From the NCBI RefSeq assembly GCF_001194135.2, contig NC_068983.1, positions 143,222,394 to 143,286,393 on the forward strand: a stretch of DNA of 64,000 nt, given 5' to 3'. Positions 11,111-24,285 of this stretch are shown in pieces. The position numbers and the translations under genes are program-made. Below the pieces are notes generated by a model. The model worked only from the letters and a program-made list of their open reading frames with translations, did not search any database and was not told the DNA's origin. Every line of letters starts with the position of its first letter. Positions within the stretch are counted from its first letter, which is position 1. The DNA is from Octopus bimaculoides (taxonomy: Eukaryota).

Positions 11111-12399
11111 AATATATGAACAAAGTTGCTTTCACAATACAGAACTCTTATTAATTATATTACACATCTTCAGAAGCTTGCATCGACACGTAATGTTAAC
11201 AATGCAACACACATAGCACTATAATAGATTGATTTATAGAACAAAACACAAATATGCAACTTGAAACAGTTATAGATCTCTACAGTTAATCCGACCAGCA
11301 AAATTCTCTTGAATTGTCAAGTAATGATTTATCAGGTTTCATTGTTAAATAACAATGCAATCTGTTGCTTCAATCTTCTTCCTAAGCTGCTGAAAAAGCC
11401 CTCATGGGGTATAATTTTACAGGGGGTATAAATCTGGATTTAAATATATGGATATCCTTGTATTTATCAATGCCTTATGATTATGAAGCAGATTTGGAAA
11501 AGAGAATTAATGAAATCTAGGACAAATTTTTAAATTAAATAGAAATATGAACAGAAACAGTTGGAACAAATCAGTATTCATTAAAAGGAAAGAAATGTAC
11601 TGCCTTTGATATGGAAGTAAAAGTCACGATCATAATGAAATCAAAGTTTTTATCATTTTTAGCATTGAACATGCTTAGTAAGTACCATTAGTGACATACA
11701 ATGGGGCTTCTTTACAGTTTTTACTTACCAAATTCCACTAGCAAAGTAATAGTCAACTCAAGGCTATAATAAATGACACTTGCTTAAAGGGTTCCTCAGC
11801 TGAGGAACCATATGAAGTGTATCTTGTTCAAGAACATTGACAAACCACCCAGAACCATATGGTTTCCAGCCAGCTATGCCTGGGCCCATAGTTGCCCTGC
11901 AAACTGGGTATTATGTTTCTCCAAATATGAACTCAAAACTGTGAGAAAATAATTCTGCTAATATGATCAATAGAATTGTGGAAAATAATGACAATGAATT
12001 ATCATTTTCCAATATTCAATAATGAGTATTTGAACAACTCAACAATTGATGTAGATGGATTTTATGTGTAATGTGCTTCATAGTAGATTCTGGTGCATCA
12101 TGTAACTTAACTGATGAAAATACTTCAAAGGTGATGAAAATGATAAGACTAAATCTACAATTTAAACATTGGCAAATAAAAAAAATATCAACTAAATATC
12201 TAAAACGAGTTATTGTTAAGTGATTGCAATTTTGCAGCCAAATAATTATATCTACAGAAATGAAACATTTTTAATATCCACATCTATACTACATTTTGAT
12301 TTACTCGATCTCCCATTATTTTATGGTATCTTATTTCTACATATATAAATAATAAGCAGTGAGAAAGAACTTACAGATGTTGGGACTTGTGCTTGAAAA

Positions 12400-12675
12400 G
12401 ACATGTCAAACTAGGTAAAAGCATGGTTGTCCTTGCATACAGGCTCATCTCCTGCTGAGCATCCATAATCTTGCGAACTTGTAGGTGCATGTAAAAAGCA
12501 GTTGTGCTGGTGCTGCATAAAAGACTGCAGTACACTCTGTAAAGTGGTTGGTATCAGGAAGGGCATCCAGCCATAGAAACCATGCCAAAAGAGACAAGGA
12601 GCAGTTGGTTAGTTCCTGTCAAACCATCCAACCCATGCCAGCATGGAAAATGGGTGTTAAACGATGATGATGATG
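12400..12675 (+). mobile_element. RTE-tailed SINE or non-autonomous element
   Basis: 'cagtacactctgtaaagtggttgg..ggaagggcatccagccatagaaaccatgcc..caacccatgccagcatggaaaatgg..(gat)n'. Confidence 0.8.
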
Positions 12676-13666
12676 GTATCTGGAGTGGATTCAAACTCAG
12701 TACCTTTATTTCTAAACTAAAGTAACATTCTTATTCACCATGCCACTGACACTTACAAAATCCAGTTTGATACAATGTATATCCAAGAAAACAACACTTC
12801 ATGAAGATGAGAAAAACCGATTGAAATATAATGTAAATATTAAAAATATTACTTCTCTAAAGATGGGTTTAATCAGAAAAATTGTAATCTTAAAAATTTG
12901 TAAGTTTTCTTTATAGATTAGTCAGAAAATGAGCAGAGACTTCTCAGATTAACAGGATTTATAGGGTTGATGTTTAGTCTCTAGATTAACATTTGTCAAG
13001 AAAATATGAGAATTGCAAGAATTCCAGAGAGATGCAGTGCAGTTCTAACAAAAAAAGGATTTGGAGAAGGGTTTAGTCTGGTAGCTGGGACATGAAACAC
13101 AATAAGGATGACTAGAGGGAAATAAATGTATATGCCAGATGGATTTGGGTGGAGGAAGCATATAAATAGATAGTTAAAAATATTAGAGGTTATTGTAATA
13201 ATGATATATGACGAAAGGAAATAATATAACATGTCTGAATAAGTAGTTGTCAACCTCTTTGTTGCAGTCTAGGATATTTATATGCGTCAGCAACATTGTT
13301 GCAGATATATGAATAGTTTTCCAGTTCTTAGGTTTTACTTTAGCTTTATAGTCAGCAGTTTACTAGCTGGATGGGACTGAAGCGGTAATACAGTCTCTCA
13401 AATAGTTGTGGTGTCAGAAAAAGATGGTAGCCCATAGGTTTCCATTGATCTTCAGCAAGTTGATTAGGCAAGTGGAAAGGAGAGAAGTTGGCAGTCAAAC
13501 AAGCAATGAAGTTACAGGGAAATTAAATGAAGTGAGAATTTCCAAGAAACTAAACCTTAACATGGATAACTGTCAAATAAAGCTACCAAGATTCAAATGA
13601 AGGACTCTGTGTGGTTGCTAAAAGGGGTCTCAAATCACAATTATTGTCTTATGGCTTCATTGTTGT

Positions 13667-13865
13667 AGGCATGGCTGTGTGGTAAAAAGTTTGCTTTGTA
13701 ATCTCTTGGTCCTCTGTTCAGTCCTACTGTGTGGTACCATGGGTAAATGTCTTCTACTGTAAGCTCAGGGTTAACCAAAGCCTTGCAAGTGGATTTGGAA
13801 AACAGAAACTGGAAGAAGCCCACTGTTCATATACATACATACATACATACATACATACATACATT

Positions 13866-13909
<44 letters not shown>

Positions 13910-14050
13910 TATACATATATATGCAATAGTATAAGTACCAGGCTTTAAAAAAATGAAAATAAATACTTGTGCCAATTTGTTTGACTAGAATCTGTCAAGA
14001 CAGTGCCCCAGCTTGACCACAGTCCAATGACTGAAACAAGTAAAAGATAA
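13667..14050 (+). mobile_element. tRNA-derived SINE, near full length
   Basis: Head 'ggcatggctgtgtggt..gttcagtccta' (A/B-box-like), internal (ATAC)/(AC) repeat at 13828-13920, tail 'aatgactgaaacaagtaaaagataa'. Confidence 0.85.
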
Positions 14051-14869
14051 AGTGTAAGCATGCAAAAAGATTAAATGGAATGATTTTAATCGTAGATATA
14101 CTCACTCAAGACAGACATGGACTTAAATAAATAAACAACAACAACAACATCCAACTACATTTAATGTAACAATATTCACAGACATCAAAGGTTATATTGT
14201 TACAAAAACTGATTTTAGGGAATTAGCTCAGCATCTAGAGAATTAAGACAAATAATAGATTGCTGAACTTTTTAGAAATCAAACTGCCATGAGCAACATC
14301 TCAGATGACAGCGATATAGAAGCAATCAGAGAGAAAAAAGAAAAGAAAAAGAAACCATCGAAAATTGCCTATCAATCTTTTAAGAAAAATGATCTCACGT
14401 TAAATTATTAAAAAAAAATGCATGTTCAAAGTGAAAGAGATTGCATATATTGTTTTTCTTTTTATCTCAAAAGACAGCACAATCAAATAGTTTAAATATC
14501 AAACAAGCCAAACCAAATTATGCAGCGTTTGGAGATTACTAAATTATTTGGCACAATTCATTCCAAACCTAGCAACAAATTCTAAGAAAATTTGCCAACT
14601 GATAAAAGCAGATGTGAAAGGGAAGTGCAGTGAATCTTATAAAAGAACATTCAATGAATTGAAAGAACTAATTTCAATACAATTCTCATGCACATCAACA
14701 TCAGGATAGCATGTAAAATATAGATCGATGCCAGCAAAGTTTGTCTTGGTGCAATCTTATCACAAACTAATAATCAAAGAAAAACAAAGAACATTAATTT
14801 TGATGCTATTGAAAAGCCAAGGAAATACAATCATACAGAATAAAGAAATGTTGGTAGTTGCTGTTATTT

Positions 14870-15053
14870 TGTTAATGTTTACCAGCAGGTTAGCTCTAAT
14901 CAAGCAGACCTATGTTCAAAAGACATTCCATCTATGACCATTCCTTCACTTCTTTTCTTCAGAAATAGTATCTCTAGGATTATAAATGTCAGAACAATTT
15001 GGCTGCTATTTCTAGTAGATAGAGCAACACATGTGAAACTCCCTCATTGGCTT
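14870..15053. mobile_element. 'ttggctgctatttcta' family copy
   Basis: Same blocks as 1790-2750. Confidence 0.7.
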
Positions 15054-15422
15054 TGAGAGTTGCGTAAACTTGTAAGAAATTTCACATCTATCTCTGTAAT
15101 AAACACTTTACAATAATCTTAAACCCTATTTTCATGTCCCCAAATCTACTGTATTAAAGGGAATCCATCACTTCATATTCTTCCACAGTTTTTAAGACAT
15201 CAGCCATATAATTTCTACATCATATGTGAACTAAATGCAGGAGAGGCATTGTTGAGATCTCCCAAGACTTTAAATCCAAACTTGGGGACAATATTCTAGA
15301 ACATTTCATAAATCATATATCAGTCAATTCAGCCTTAAAGATGATAACAAATGCCAGAATAAAAAAGATAACAAATGCCAGGATAAAAATTCAGTCATCA
15401 TTCTTCAAACAACTGGAATAAC

Positions 15423-15446
15423 TGTTTCTATTAGAAGTACAAGGCC

Positions 15447-15487
<41 letters not shown>

Positions 15488-15597
15488 GTGGGGGTAGTAG
15501 ATATCATTGAATCTGATACTTGATTAGTACTTTAGTTTATCCACTCCAGAATGATGAAGATTGATCTCAGTAGAATTTGAACTCAGAATTTAAAGAG
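15423..15597 (-). mobile_element. Family-A SINE fragment with an expanded poly(T) tract
   Basis: 'acaaggcctaaa..(t)n..gaatttgaactcagaa'. Confidence 0.6.
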
Positions 15598-15607
15598 GAA
15601 CATCTTC

Positions 15608-15895
15608 TTCATCATCATCATTGTCTTAACACCCACTTTTCCAAACACAGTTTATTGAGGCAGGATGCCCTTCCTGTTACCAGCCCTCAGCTATTTCCAA
15701 GTAAGGTAATATTTCCTTATGGTGAGGCATGTTCTTGCTGAGTAATGGAAGTGGATAATACTGCTTGTATGACAGTGGCACTCACTTACATCTTCCACAC
15801 GTGATGTCAAAACAAAGACACACACACACATATATATAAAAACACACATACATATGATAGTTTTTACACAGTTTCCATCTACCAAATCTATCAAA
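15608..15895 (-). mobile_element. Composite SINE (same subfamily as 8489-8962)
   Basis: Shared 'aaggtaatatttcc..cttgtatgacagtg' body, (CAT)n tail and partial head 'cagtttccatctaccaaat'. Confidence 0.7.
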
Positions 15896-16359
15896 GAATG
15901 TTTTCTGATGCCAAACTTTAAGCATATTTTTTTTACAAGACACTAGTTGTCAGTTAGATACCAATACACTTTAGATACCTAAACACTGAGAATGTACAAA
16001 GTCTGAGTAAAAACTGACTCGTTCAGCCCATGTTGCAGTGGTGGTGGTAGTGGTGGTGGTAGTGGTGGTGTTGATGATGATGATGATGACAATAATGATG
16101 GACACATCTTCAAAATGGAATATAGAATCACTACTTACATAACAATAATTAATGTGATGTGTGATGCCAGCAAAGTATGAGAAGTTTTTTCATGATATCC
16201 TGATGCATCAAAATAATAATCTCACTGTTATGAGAAAACAGGGGTGAAATAAATACAAAGTCAGTAAGTTTGGCAAATAAAACAAAAAGGCATCAAAAGA
16301 TTTATCAGAACTTATCTATTATCAAGAATATGGAGGAGAGGAGAGAAGGGGGGGGGGCG

Positions 16360-16675
16360 GCAAGGTGGCTGAGTTCCTTTTGAGCATTGGGCCTCATGGA
16401 GGCAATGACCAAGGCCTTTGGCATTATATCATGTTTGAGAAGAAGACCCATCAAGACGAGCAAAATTGCAGTCGTGGCAGATACTGGTGTCACACAATGG
16501 CACCCATGCTGGTGGCACGTAAAATCACCCATTACACTCTTAGAGTGGTTGGAGTTTGGAAGGGCATCCAGCTGTAGAAAACTATGCCAAATCAGACAGG
16601 AGCCTGGCGCAGCCTTCCAGCGTGCCAGCCCAGTCAAACCGTCCAACCCATGCCAGCATGGACAACAGACGTTAA

Positions 16676-16717
<42 letters not shown>

Positions 16718-16745
16718 ATGATGATGATGATGATGATGATGATGA
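16360..16745 (+). mobile_element. RTE LINE 3' end (ORF terminus, 3' UTR, (GAT)n tail)
   Basis: 'gaggcaatgaccaag..tttggcattat..gagaagaagacc' corresponds to the ORF end at 20539-20634. The shared tail and a long (GAT)n at 16676-16743 follow. Confidence 0.8.
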
Positions 16746-16839
16746 AGGCAGAATATAAAGAGTCGATGTTTGATAGCAGGGGTACTAACAACAATAATAA
16801 CACAAACAACAATACTAACAACAACAGCAACAACAATAA

Positions 16840-17030
16840 TCCTTTCTACTGTAGACACAAAACCTGGAATTTTGCAGGAGAGGTTAGCTCAGTGCTCAAC
16901 TGGTACTCATTTTATTGACCCTGAAATGATGAAAAACAAAGCCCAGCATGCTAACAATTCCACCAGCTCACCACCTTAATAATAATGGTTTCAAATTTTG
17001 GCACAGAGCCAGCAGTTTTTGAGAGGAATT
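16840..17030 (-). mobile_element. Two adjacent truncated family-A SINE copies after an (AAC/AAT)n tract
   Basis: 'cctttctactgtagacac..ccagctcaccacctt aataataat ggtttcaaattttggcac'. Confidence 0.75.
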
Positions 17031-17690
17031 TTGTGTCCACACCCACTCCTGCACATAATCTGTCCCCTGAAAAACCTTCTGCCATAATACATCTTCCCAA
17101 CATCCTTTTTCCCCACCCATGTTCAACACCCACTGCATTCCCCTCCACTCTTCCACATGTACCTACCTGTACACAATGCCTCTGTTGAACCTCTTCCATA
17201 CAACATAATCTCCTAATACCTCCTCTCTCTACTTGTGTCCACTCTTTACATTTCGCCCTCCATTTACAACTCCCCTTTTGCAATCTTGTCACCTCAGCCA
17301 CCCTCTCCAATTCCCAGTCTACTTATTCTACACCCCTTTCCATCACATCTTCACCATCTCTCTCTCTCACTCTCCACTCTCTCCTCACTTAAGTTAGCCA
17401 TGTTTCCCCTCAAATGCAACATTCCTTTTTCCGGTCCCTCAATACTACTCCCACCTCAGTTGAGGAGTCTTGCTTTGCAAGTTACTTGGCGACCTCACTG
17501 CTGCTGGTGCCATGTAAAACACACCCAGTACACTCTGTAAAGTGGTTGGATTTAGAAAAGCTTCCAGGCATAAAGACCATGCTAAAGCAGATAGTGGAGC
17601 TTGGTGCAGTCTTCTGACTTACCAGTTCCTGTTGAACCATTCAACCCATGCCAGTATGGAAAAATGACGTTAATGATAATAATAGTGATG
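17030..17690 (+). mobile_element. C-rich non-autonomous element with RTE-type tail
   Basis: A strongly pyrimidine-skewed 5' part (17030-17460) is joined to 'gcaagttacttggcgacctc..cagtacactctgtaaagtggttgg..caacccatgccagtatggaaaa'. Confidence 0.6.
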
Positions 17691-18654
17691 GTAATGAAAA
17701 ATGGTAGCATGGAAAGCAGAGACTTGATACATGGACAACTGCTGGTCTTCCATACAAAACTTTATATTGGAGCTTGGAATTTATTTTGGAGAGGAATGCT
17801 TTCCAGCTGCTGATCAATTGTAACACAAAGCATACAGAAACCTTGGAGAGAGTAATTTGACAAATATTTGATTGCTATTTCTAGCAGGTAGAAAAACCAT
17901 GTAAAGTGTTCATGGTGTTCAAATGAAACTCACTTTTTCTTTTGTATTTTTACTGCCTTGATTTCTATCAATGCAGACTATGCTAGTCTTCATATTTTCT
18001 AATGATTATGCTAGTCTACATTTTGAAAAAAATATCTTACTTTTATCATAAAAAGAAATGTTCATTTTTGGGCATTAATTTTAAATTTGCTCCCAGAATT
18101 TTTTGCATTAAATCAAATTTTTTCAGAAATGGATTTTCAAAATTTAGCAATGTGGTGCAACTGAAATGTGCATATTAGTAAAACAGAAGCAGCAAATATA
18201 AGGTATGATAACTAGTATAGTTATTTTAGTTATTTTATAGAAAGATCAAGTCATTTTTACTGATATTTAGTTAATACGTTATGCATTATTGAGAGAGTAA
18301 ATATCACTGAAATGACATGAAATAGTTCAACAGTGCTGTATTAGTGAAAGAAATGCATCACCCCACTGAGAAATTTTATCTGTTTCATATTAATTCAACA
18401 ACGGAAGATGTAGAATAAGCTAAAAAAAGGGGAAAATGAGGTTGCTTAGGCAAGTACACTATTTATAGAAGCATCTTCCACTTCTTAGATTGTTGAACTT
18501 TTAGGAATCAACAATAATTTGGCCATCATATTTACTTTTGACCATCTCTGGTCTCTTTTCCCAAATCTTTTATGTTTTGATGGAAACATTTCCCTTGTAC
18601 TTTGCCATCAGTCCCTAAATTAGCAGAGAAGTAGTCTAAATGATTATGGCGGTA

Positions 18655-19942
18655 CAAAGGTCAACTGAAAAGTTCATAGACTGACCATGATACTCTCATG
18701 AAATGTGACCAAATGAGGTTTATTTTTCAACATAAACCCCCTTGCAGTCCACACACTTCTTTCATCACACTTCTTACATGTGCTTAGATCCTATTGGTGA
18801 TGAAGCTTTCATCCTGTTGATCAAAAAAAGTCACCAACAGCAGATATGTCATCATCACTGTGATACTGGTTCCCAGCCAAGTGTTTTTCATATTGGGGAA
18901 CAGATGATAGTCAGATGGAGCCAAATCAGGAGAATAGGGAGGGTGATCAACCAGTTTAAAGCTACAGTCACACCCAACAGCCATTGAAACCAAGGACTTG
19001 TGTGCTGGAACATTGTCCTGATGAAATAAGGCCACTTTCATTAGGTTTCCTGGGTGTTTGGTCTTGGTAGCCTTTTGTAACTGCCTCAGCGAGTTAGCAT
19101 AGTACTCTCCATTGGTTGTGTGGCCCCTTTGGAAGAGAACAATGCCTTCTGTATCTCAAAAAGCTGAGACCATCCCATCACCTTCCTGGCAGATGAAACA
19201 AGCTTGGCCTTTTTTGGAGCAGGTGAGAAGGGGTGTTTCCACTGCATGGATTATCTATTTGTTTCTGGCTCAAAGCGACGAATCCAACACTTATCCTAGT
19301 TTAGGAAATGTTCAAGGAAACCAGTTGGATCTGCCTCAAACAATGTCAGATTTTCCTGTGATGTGATCAGCCTGGTCCACTTTTGATCAGGTGCTAGAAG
19401 ACACAACACCCACCAAGTAGAAACCTTTGTCATGCCAAGTTCATGGTGCAGAATATTCTCAACTCTCCCATGGAATATGCTAACAACATTGGCTATTTGA
19501 TTTATAGTCAATCGCTTCTCATTTATCACCATGTAGTGAACACGATCAACGTTTTCCTCAGTGGTGGCAGTTGAAGAATGTCCAGTCTTTGGGTCATCAA
19601 GACTCTCCCTTCCCCTTCTAAATTCAGCAGCCCACTTCATGCTGTTGATAAAACTGGAGTGTCTTCTCCTAATGTAGCAACCATGTCAGCAGGAATGCCC
19701 TTGGAGGCTAAACCCTTTTTTTTGCAGGTACTTGTTAACACTATGATGGCAAACATTTTTGATTTCAAGAGAAGTCACTACTAATTACTTTTGAAGTCTT
19801 TTTTGAACAGTCAGGAGTCAGTTTACTTTGAAAGAAACAATGCAGTTATTAACAAGAAGAGATGACATTAATGCACACAAGATTTCATAGCTCTAGCATT
19901 ACTCCTTTATAGTCAGCCTATGAACTTTTCAACCCACCCTCA
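18655..19942 (-). mobile_element. Full-length (1288 bp) inactive mariner transposon
   Basis: TA dinucleotides at 18653-54 and 19943-44. Terminal inverted repeats of about 31 bp (CAAAGGTCAACTGAAAAGTTCATAGACTGAC and TGAGGGTGGGTTGAAAAGTTCATAGGCTGAC). Transposase motifs on the minus strand. Confidence 0.95.
18784..19770 (-). pseudogene. Mariner transposase pseudogene
   Basis: Frame-shifted fragments: HTH 'KWAAEFRRGRESL', WVPxxL-like 'WWVLCLL', 'HQDNVPAH' (second catalytic D) and 'HPPYSPDLAPSDYHLF' (mariner YSPDL signature with the third D). Stops and frameshifts are present. Confidence 0.93.
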
Positions 19943-20534
19943 TAATGCACTTTAATACTCATTTTATATCTTAGCTTCTGAAAGGGAGGAAGTAATTTAT
20001 TAGATAGTCATAATTTTCTGATTTGTCTTTGCTCCAAAAGGATTTTTCACAACTTCTGTAAATGTTACCCAGACGCTTTTCTCAACTGGTTTAAGTTAAC
20101 TTATAAATTGCTCATCTTTCATTCGTGTTCATATTTTAAGACACCAAAGACACCTGTCTTCAATTTCTCTTGACATAAAGTAGGAATTTTTCTACATAGA
20201 TCTTTGAAGGAGTCCCCTTTCTCTAACATTCAAACATTATTTCATCAAATCTTTTTTAATGAAAAATCCTGAAAAAATGCTGTTTTCCGCTTTTCCTAGG
20301 AGGATGTTCATAATGCACTTGTCAACATCGAAATCTTAGCAGCCATTCCTTCAGTTCAATCATTCCCAAACACATGCACAAAAAAATGGGATATTTAGGA
20401 GAAACCACACTGATGTCCAAGTAGTATGTAAATTGCGTTCAACCTTCCCTATATCATGCAATTGTGTTCAAAATATTTGAGAAGTTTTTCGTTAGTTTTT
20501 TATGGTTTCATGACTTTTATTTAGATGTGGAAAG

Positions 20535-20830
20535 CAAACACGACCTTCAAACATTAGGCCTCACTGAGGCAATGACTAATGACCGGGACCTTTGGAAATA
20601 TGCAGTGCATGAGAAGACCCGGCAAGCCAAGTGAGACCATAATCCATGGCCTTTGCCAGAAGTGTAGCCAGCTCACTTATTCATATCTTTACTTCGTTGG
20701 ACACTAAACTCTGCTTGCAAAGACCTGTTGAGGCAAGTAAAATCGAAATCGAACCATATTCGATGACTGGCACCTGTGCACTAACAGCACCATCCAAGCG
20801 TGTTCATTGCCAGAGCAGCTGTCTGGCTTC
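20535..20830 (+). mobile_element. RTE LINE 3' fragment
   Basis: 20539-20634 reads HDLQTLGLTEAMTNDRDLWKYAVHEKTRQAK*, an RTE ORF C-terminus with the DRxxW motif. Confidence 0.75.
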
Positions 20831-21940
20831 CATTTAAAAAGGGGTTTCTCATATTAATAAGGGAATAAAACTTCCATTTAATAAGGGGCTTCCCTTACCC
20901 AGCACCTGTATGTGATATATCCTTAGACTATGTTACAGCTGTATTACCAATATGAAAAACTTAAGCAAACTAATAAAATTAACTGAGGCTAAAATTGCAT
21001 ATACAAAAATACTGATGACTGTCACCTGAGTCGGCCATGCAATGCTTAAGCGATAATTTATGGATCAGGAGTCACCTCCACCAAATCAAATTTGAATATT
21101 GTGTATGAACACTTCATAGGTATGGTGGAAGGGATATTTAAACACTGATGCTACAACTCTACTTCTCCCTTTAAAAATAATTAAAAAAAGCATTTCAGCA
21201 AACCTATTCAATTATGTCTTGATTTTGAAAGAACATGCTACTGTTTTTGACAAGTGGAAAATTTTGGAAAGATATTGACCATACAAAAATGATACAAGAT
21301 GTTGGTTATGTGTTGGTAAAAGAGGTTTCATATTCGTCAACCTTAAACTCACAGACTGTGGATATTAGATCAGATACCTTCACAAAATGCCACTACTCTG
21401 ACAAATATCTTCTGAAACACTAAAAGATTACACTATCACCTGACTGAATAAATCAACATTTAACAGTTTACCAAGAGCAATCAGCTTCTATTTCTCTCCC
21501 TTGTTTCTACTTACTCTAAATCACTCCTGAAAGTATATATATTAGCAGTTTTTTTTTAAAATCCTTGCTAACATGTCATTATTTTATGTTCATCTTGGTT
21601 TAAAACTCCCTTAAGGCTGTTTATAAAGTAGCAAATATTTTTTTTAATTTGGTATACCTATTGATGTTTGTTTCCTCAACTTCAAAAATTTTTGAGTAAT
21701 TTCAATTAACTTGGCTGTAAATAAATGCATTTATTTCTTAGAACAAGAAAAACAATAGCATATCAACACACAAAAGATGAAAATGAAAAAGGATGAATAA
21801 AAACAAAGATTCTTTTAATGTTTATATAGTTTGGCAATCTTTTAACAGATTGATTTAATAATTTGAACACTTTTAGTAATATTTTTAATTATTTTTTGAT
21901 AAGTATTTTGTCAGCACAGGTTAATTTGCACATATATATA

Positions 21941-21980
<40 letters not shown>

Positions 21981-23729
21981 CATACATAAATATTTATATA
22001 TATGAACATTTTGTTTTATAGTTAACAATTTTCAATATAATTTTCATTTAACAATTTTTAATATAATTGTGAATTTTAATTTCAAAATCAGTTAAATGTT
22101 TTTTTCTGTTAATAAAAAAGAAATAAAAAATAAACATTTAGTAAATTTTTTTGAGGGGTGTGTATGGAGTGGGGATGTGGAAGAAAATCCAAAGAAAATT
22201 TAAAAAAACAGGAAACCTCATCATGTGAGAGTTGTATAAGCCCCCTTCAAATGATAAGCTGGAATATTACAGTCAAAAACAACTGTTGTAAGAATAGTAT
22301 ATAACAGACCACTGTGCAGATGTTAGTAAATGTAGTGATGTAGGACTTTAATAGAGAGAAAGGAAGTGTGTATATGTTTCAGGGAGAGAAAGAAAAGCAG
22401 GGCTAAAGCAACTTGGATCACATATGAAAGACTCAGATTCTTTTGGTTGTAGTAAATAAATGGTTTCAGTTTTGTTTAAAATATTTACATTAATATAACA
22501 GCATTTATGAATAGATGTATGTGTGTGTATGTGTGTGTGTGGCTGTGTATGTGTGCAGGGGGTGTATATAGTTAGTCAGAGTATGTGAGTGTGTATGTAC
22601 AGAGGTGCATATTTTGTTTATTGCAGTGTGCATGAATATACACGTTACTGGTTTCACATGCAAAATCTTTGAAGTGTGAAATGCAAAATCATTCAGTGTT
22701 GGAGAGTGTATATAAAAATCTGTATGCATGCATGAATTTATTTATGAATATTATTACTCTCACATTCTGTCTATTGAAGATTGCCAGCATCCATGTAAAT
22801 ACACAGGTATAGTGTTAATGCCCTATGTTTATACACACATACATACATACACACACACAGAGTGTATGTGCATGTATTTGATAGAATAATTAGTTTGGTG
22901 TAGGGTCTTTCAGAAGGTTTTATTCAACACCAAACTGGCAAACAGACTCTTTGGTTGCATATTAAACAAAATATGCAAAAATGAAGAGCTGTATCCTATA
23001 TATTTATTAGACATATACACACACCAAATATTTCATACCCAGTGACATTTAGCATTAAAGCTAAACTAATACCTCATCTATGGATTCTTTGTACACTTAC
23101 AAAAATAAGTGCATGTGCACAGACACACAAATGTATATATGCATGTGTGCTTGCACATCAATGTATATATGTGTGTATATACATATATATATATTAAATG
23201 AGTAATGTCAGAATATTGCTAATAGACAATCTGCTGAGACAACATCCAGTATGCCACATTTATAACTGAGGGGGAAATGCATCATTTTACTCCACAACAT
23301 CTCACTTTTTACTCTTCCCTTCCTTTTTGCTCCTTTCCATATGAGGCTTCATAAACAGATAGAAATAGTGGCAAAACATTAGTAAAGAATTGGTAAAGGG
23401 TTTCAAATGAAAAGTAAGTGTAGTTAGAGTATGATTGCATCTTGCCCCTAGCAGTGGATGGTATGTTTATTAAAGTGGTGGTTGAGGAAGTGGGGAGATT
23501 GATAGTAAGAGAGGTGTATAATCAAGTGTTTGGTACTAGGAGGGGTACAGTGATATTGTTACTTGGTGTGGGTAGAAGGACTAAGGTTTTGTATGTGCAT
23601 GTACTTTATATATATATATCAAGATTTGAACTTGTGTCCACAACCAGTCTTGCATTCAGGCAATCTACAGTACAGTTTAATACATTAAGTGAGAGTTGTG
23701 TGTGATTGTGTATGTATACATGAGTATGT

Positions 23730-23766
<37 letters not shown>

Positions 23767-24285
23767 TACTGGTCTGCATATTGTTGGAATGTGCATATGC
23801 ATTTATGGGTGTATATGTATTGTGTCTGTAACAATGGTTGGCAGATGACAAAATCAAAGATCAATAGATCCTTATATAATTTTTTGAGAGGGTAATGGGA
23901 GTGTAGTTAGCTGTGGTAGCCACTGATTTCTTCCAGTCTTGCCAGAAGTATAGTGGCAGCTGGAGTGAGAAATTTGTCAGATGTGCTGCGAGGACAAGGT
24001 TATAGCATCAATTTAAACATTAACTGGACAATTGCTTATTCACATCTCATTTTAAATATGCAAGGCAAAGAATAAGAAAAATACCCTCAAGTGTAAAAAA
24101 ATGCATATCTTAAATACATTTATACACCTCTTAGGGATTTTTCTTTCCATATTTAAAAAAATGTTTTACATATTCCCTGCCTCTAACATTTTGTTTCAGA
24201 GACAAAGTATTTTTGCTTGCTTTCATAAGTTCCTTTTAAAATATCTTTAAAAATGCAAGCTTCCTTTTTGTTTTTAATGTTATTG

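Larger units (their letters stand above)
11590..14770 (+). mobile_element. Decayed Ty3/Gypsy LTR retrotransposon gag-pol, interrupted by SINEs
   Basis: Motifs appear in canonical order. CCHC-like remnant 'CL*YGSKSH' (about 11600); protease 'IVDSGASCNL' (12080-12109); RT start 'SQIVVVSEKDGSP*VSIDLQQV' (about 13397-13462) and 'LNEVRISKKLNLNMDNCQI' (about 13525-13580); RT thumb 'LLNYLAQFIPNLA..FNELKELIS' (14536-14676); RNase H 'IDASKVCLGAILSQ' (14724-14765). No LTRs or integrase recognised. Confidence 0.85.

Noticed and set aside
16305-17540. Cluster of 100-123-aa ORFs
   Set aside because: They derive from RTE tail, (GAT)n and C-rich repeat sequence.
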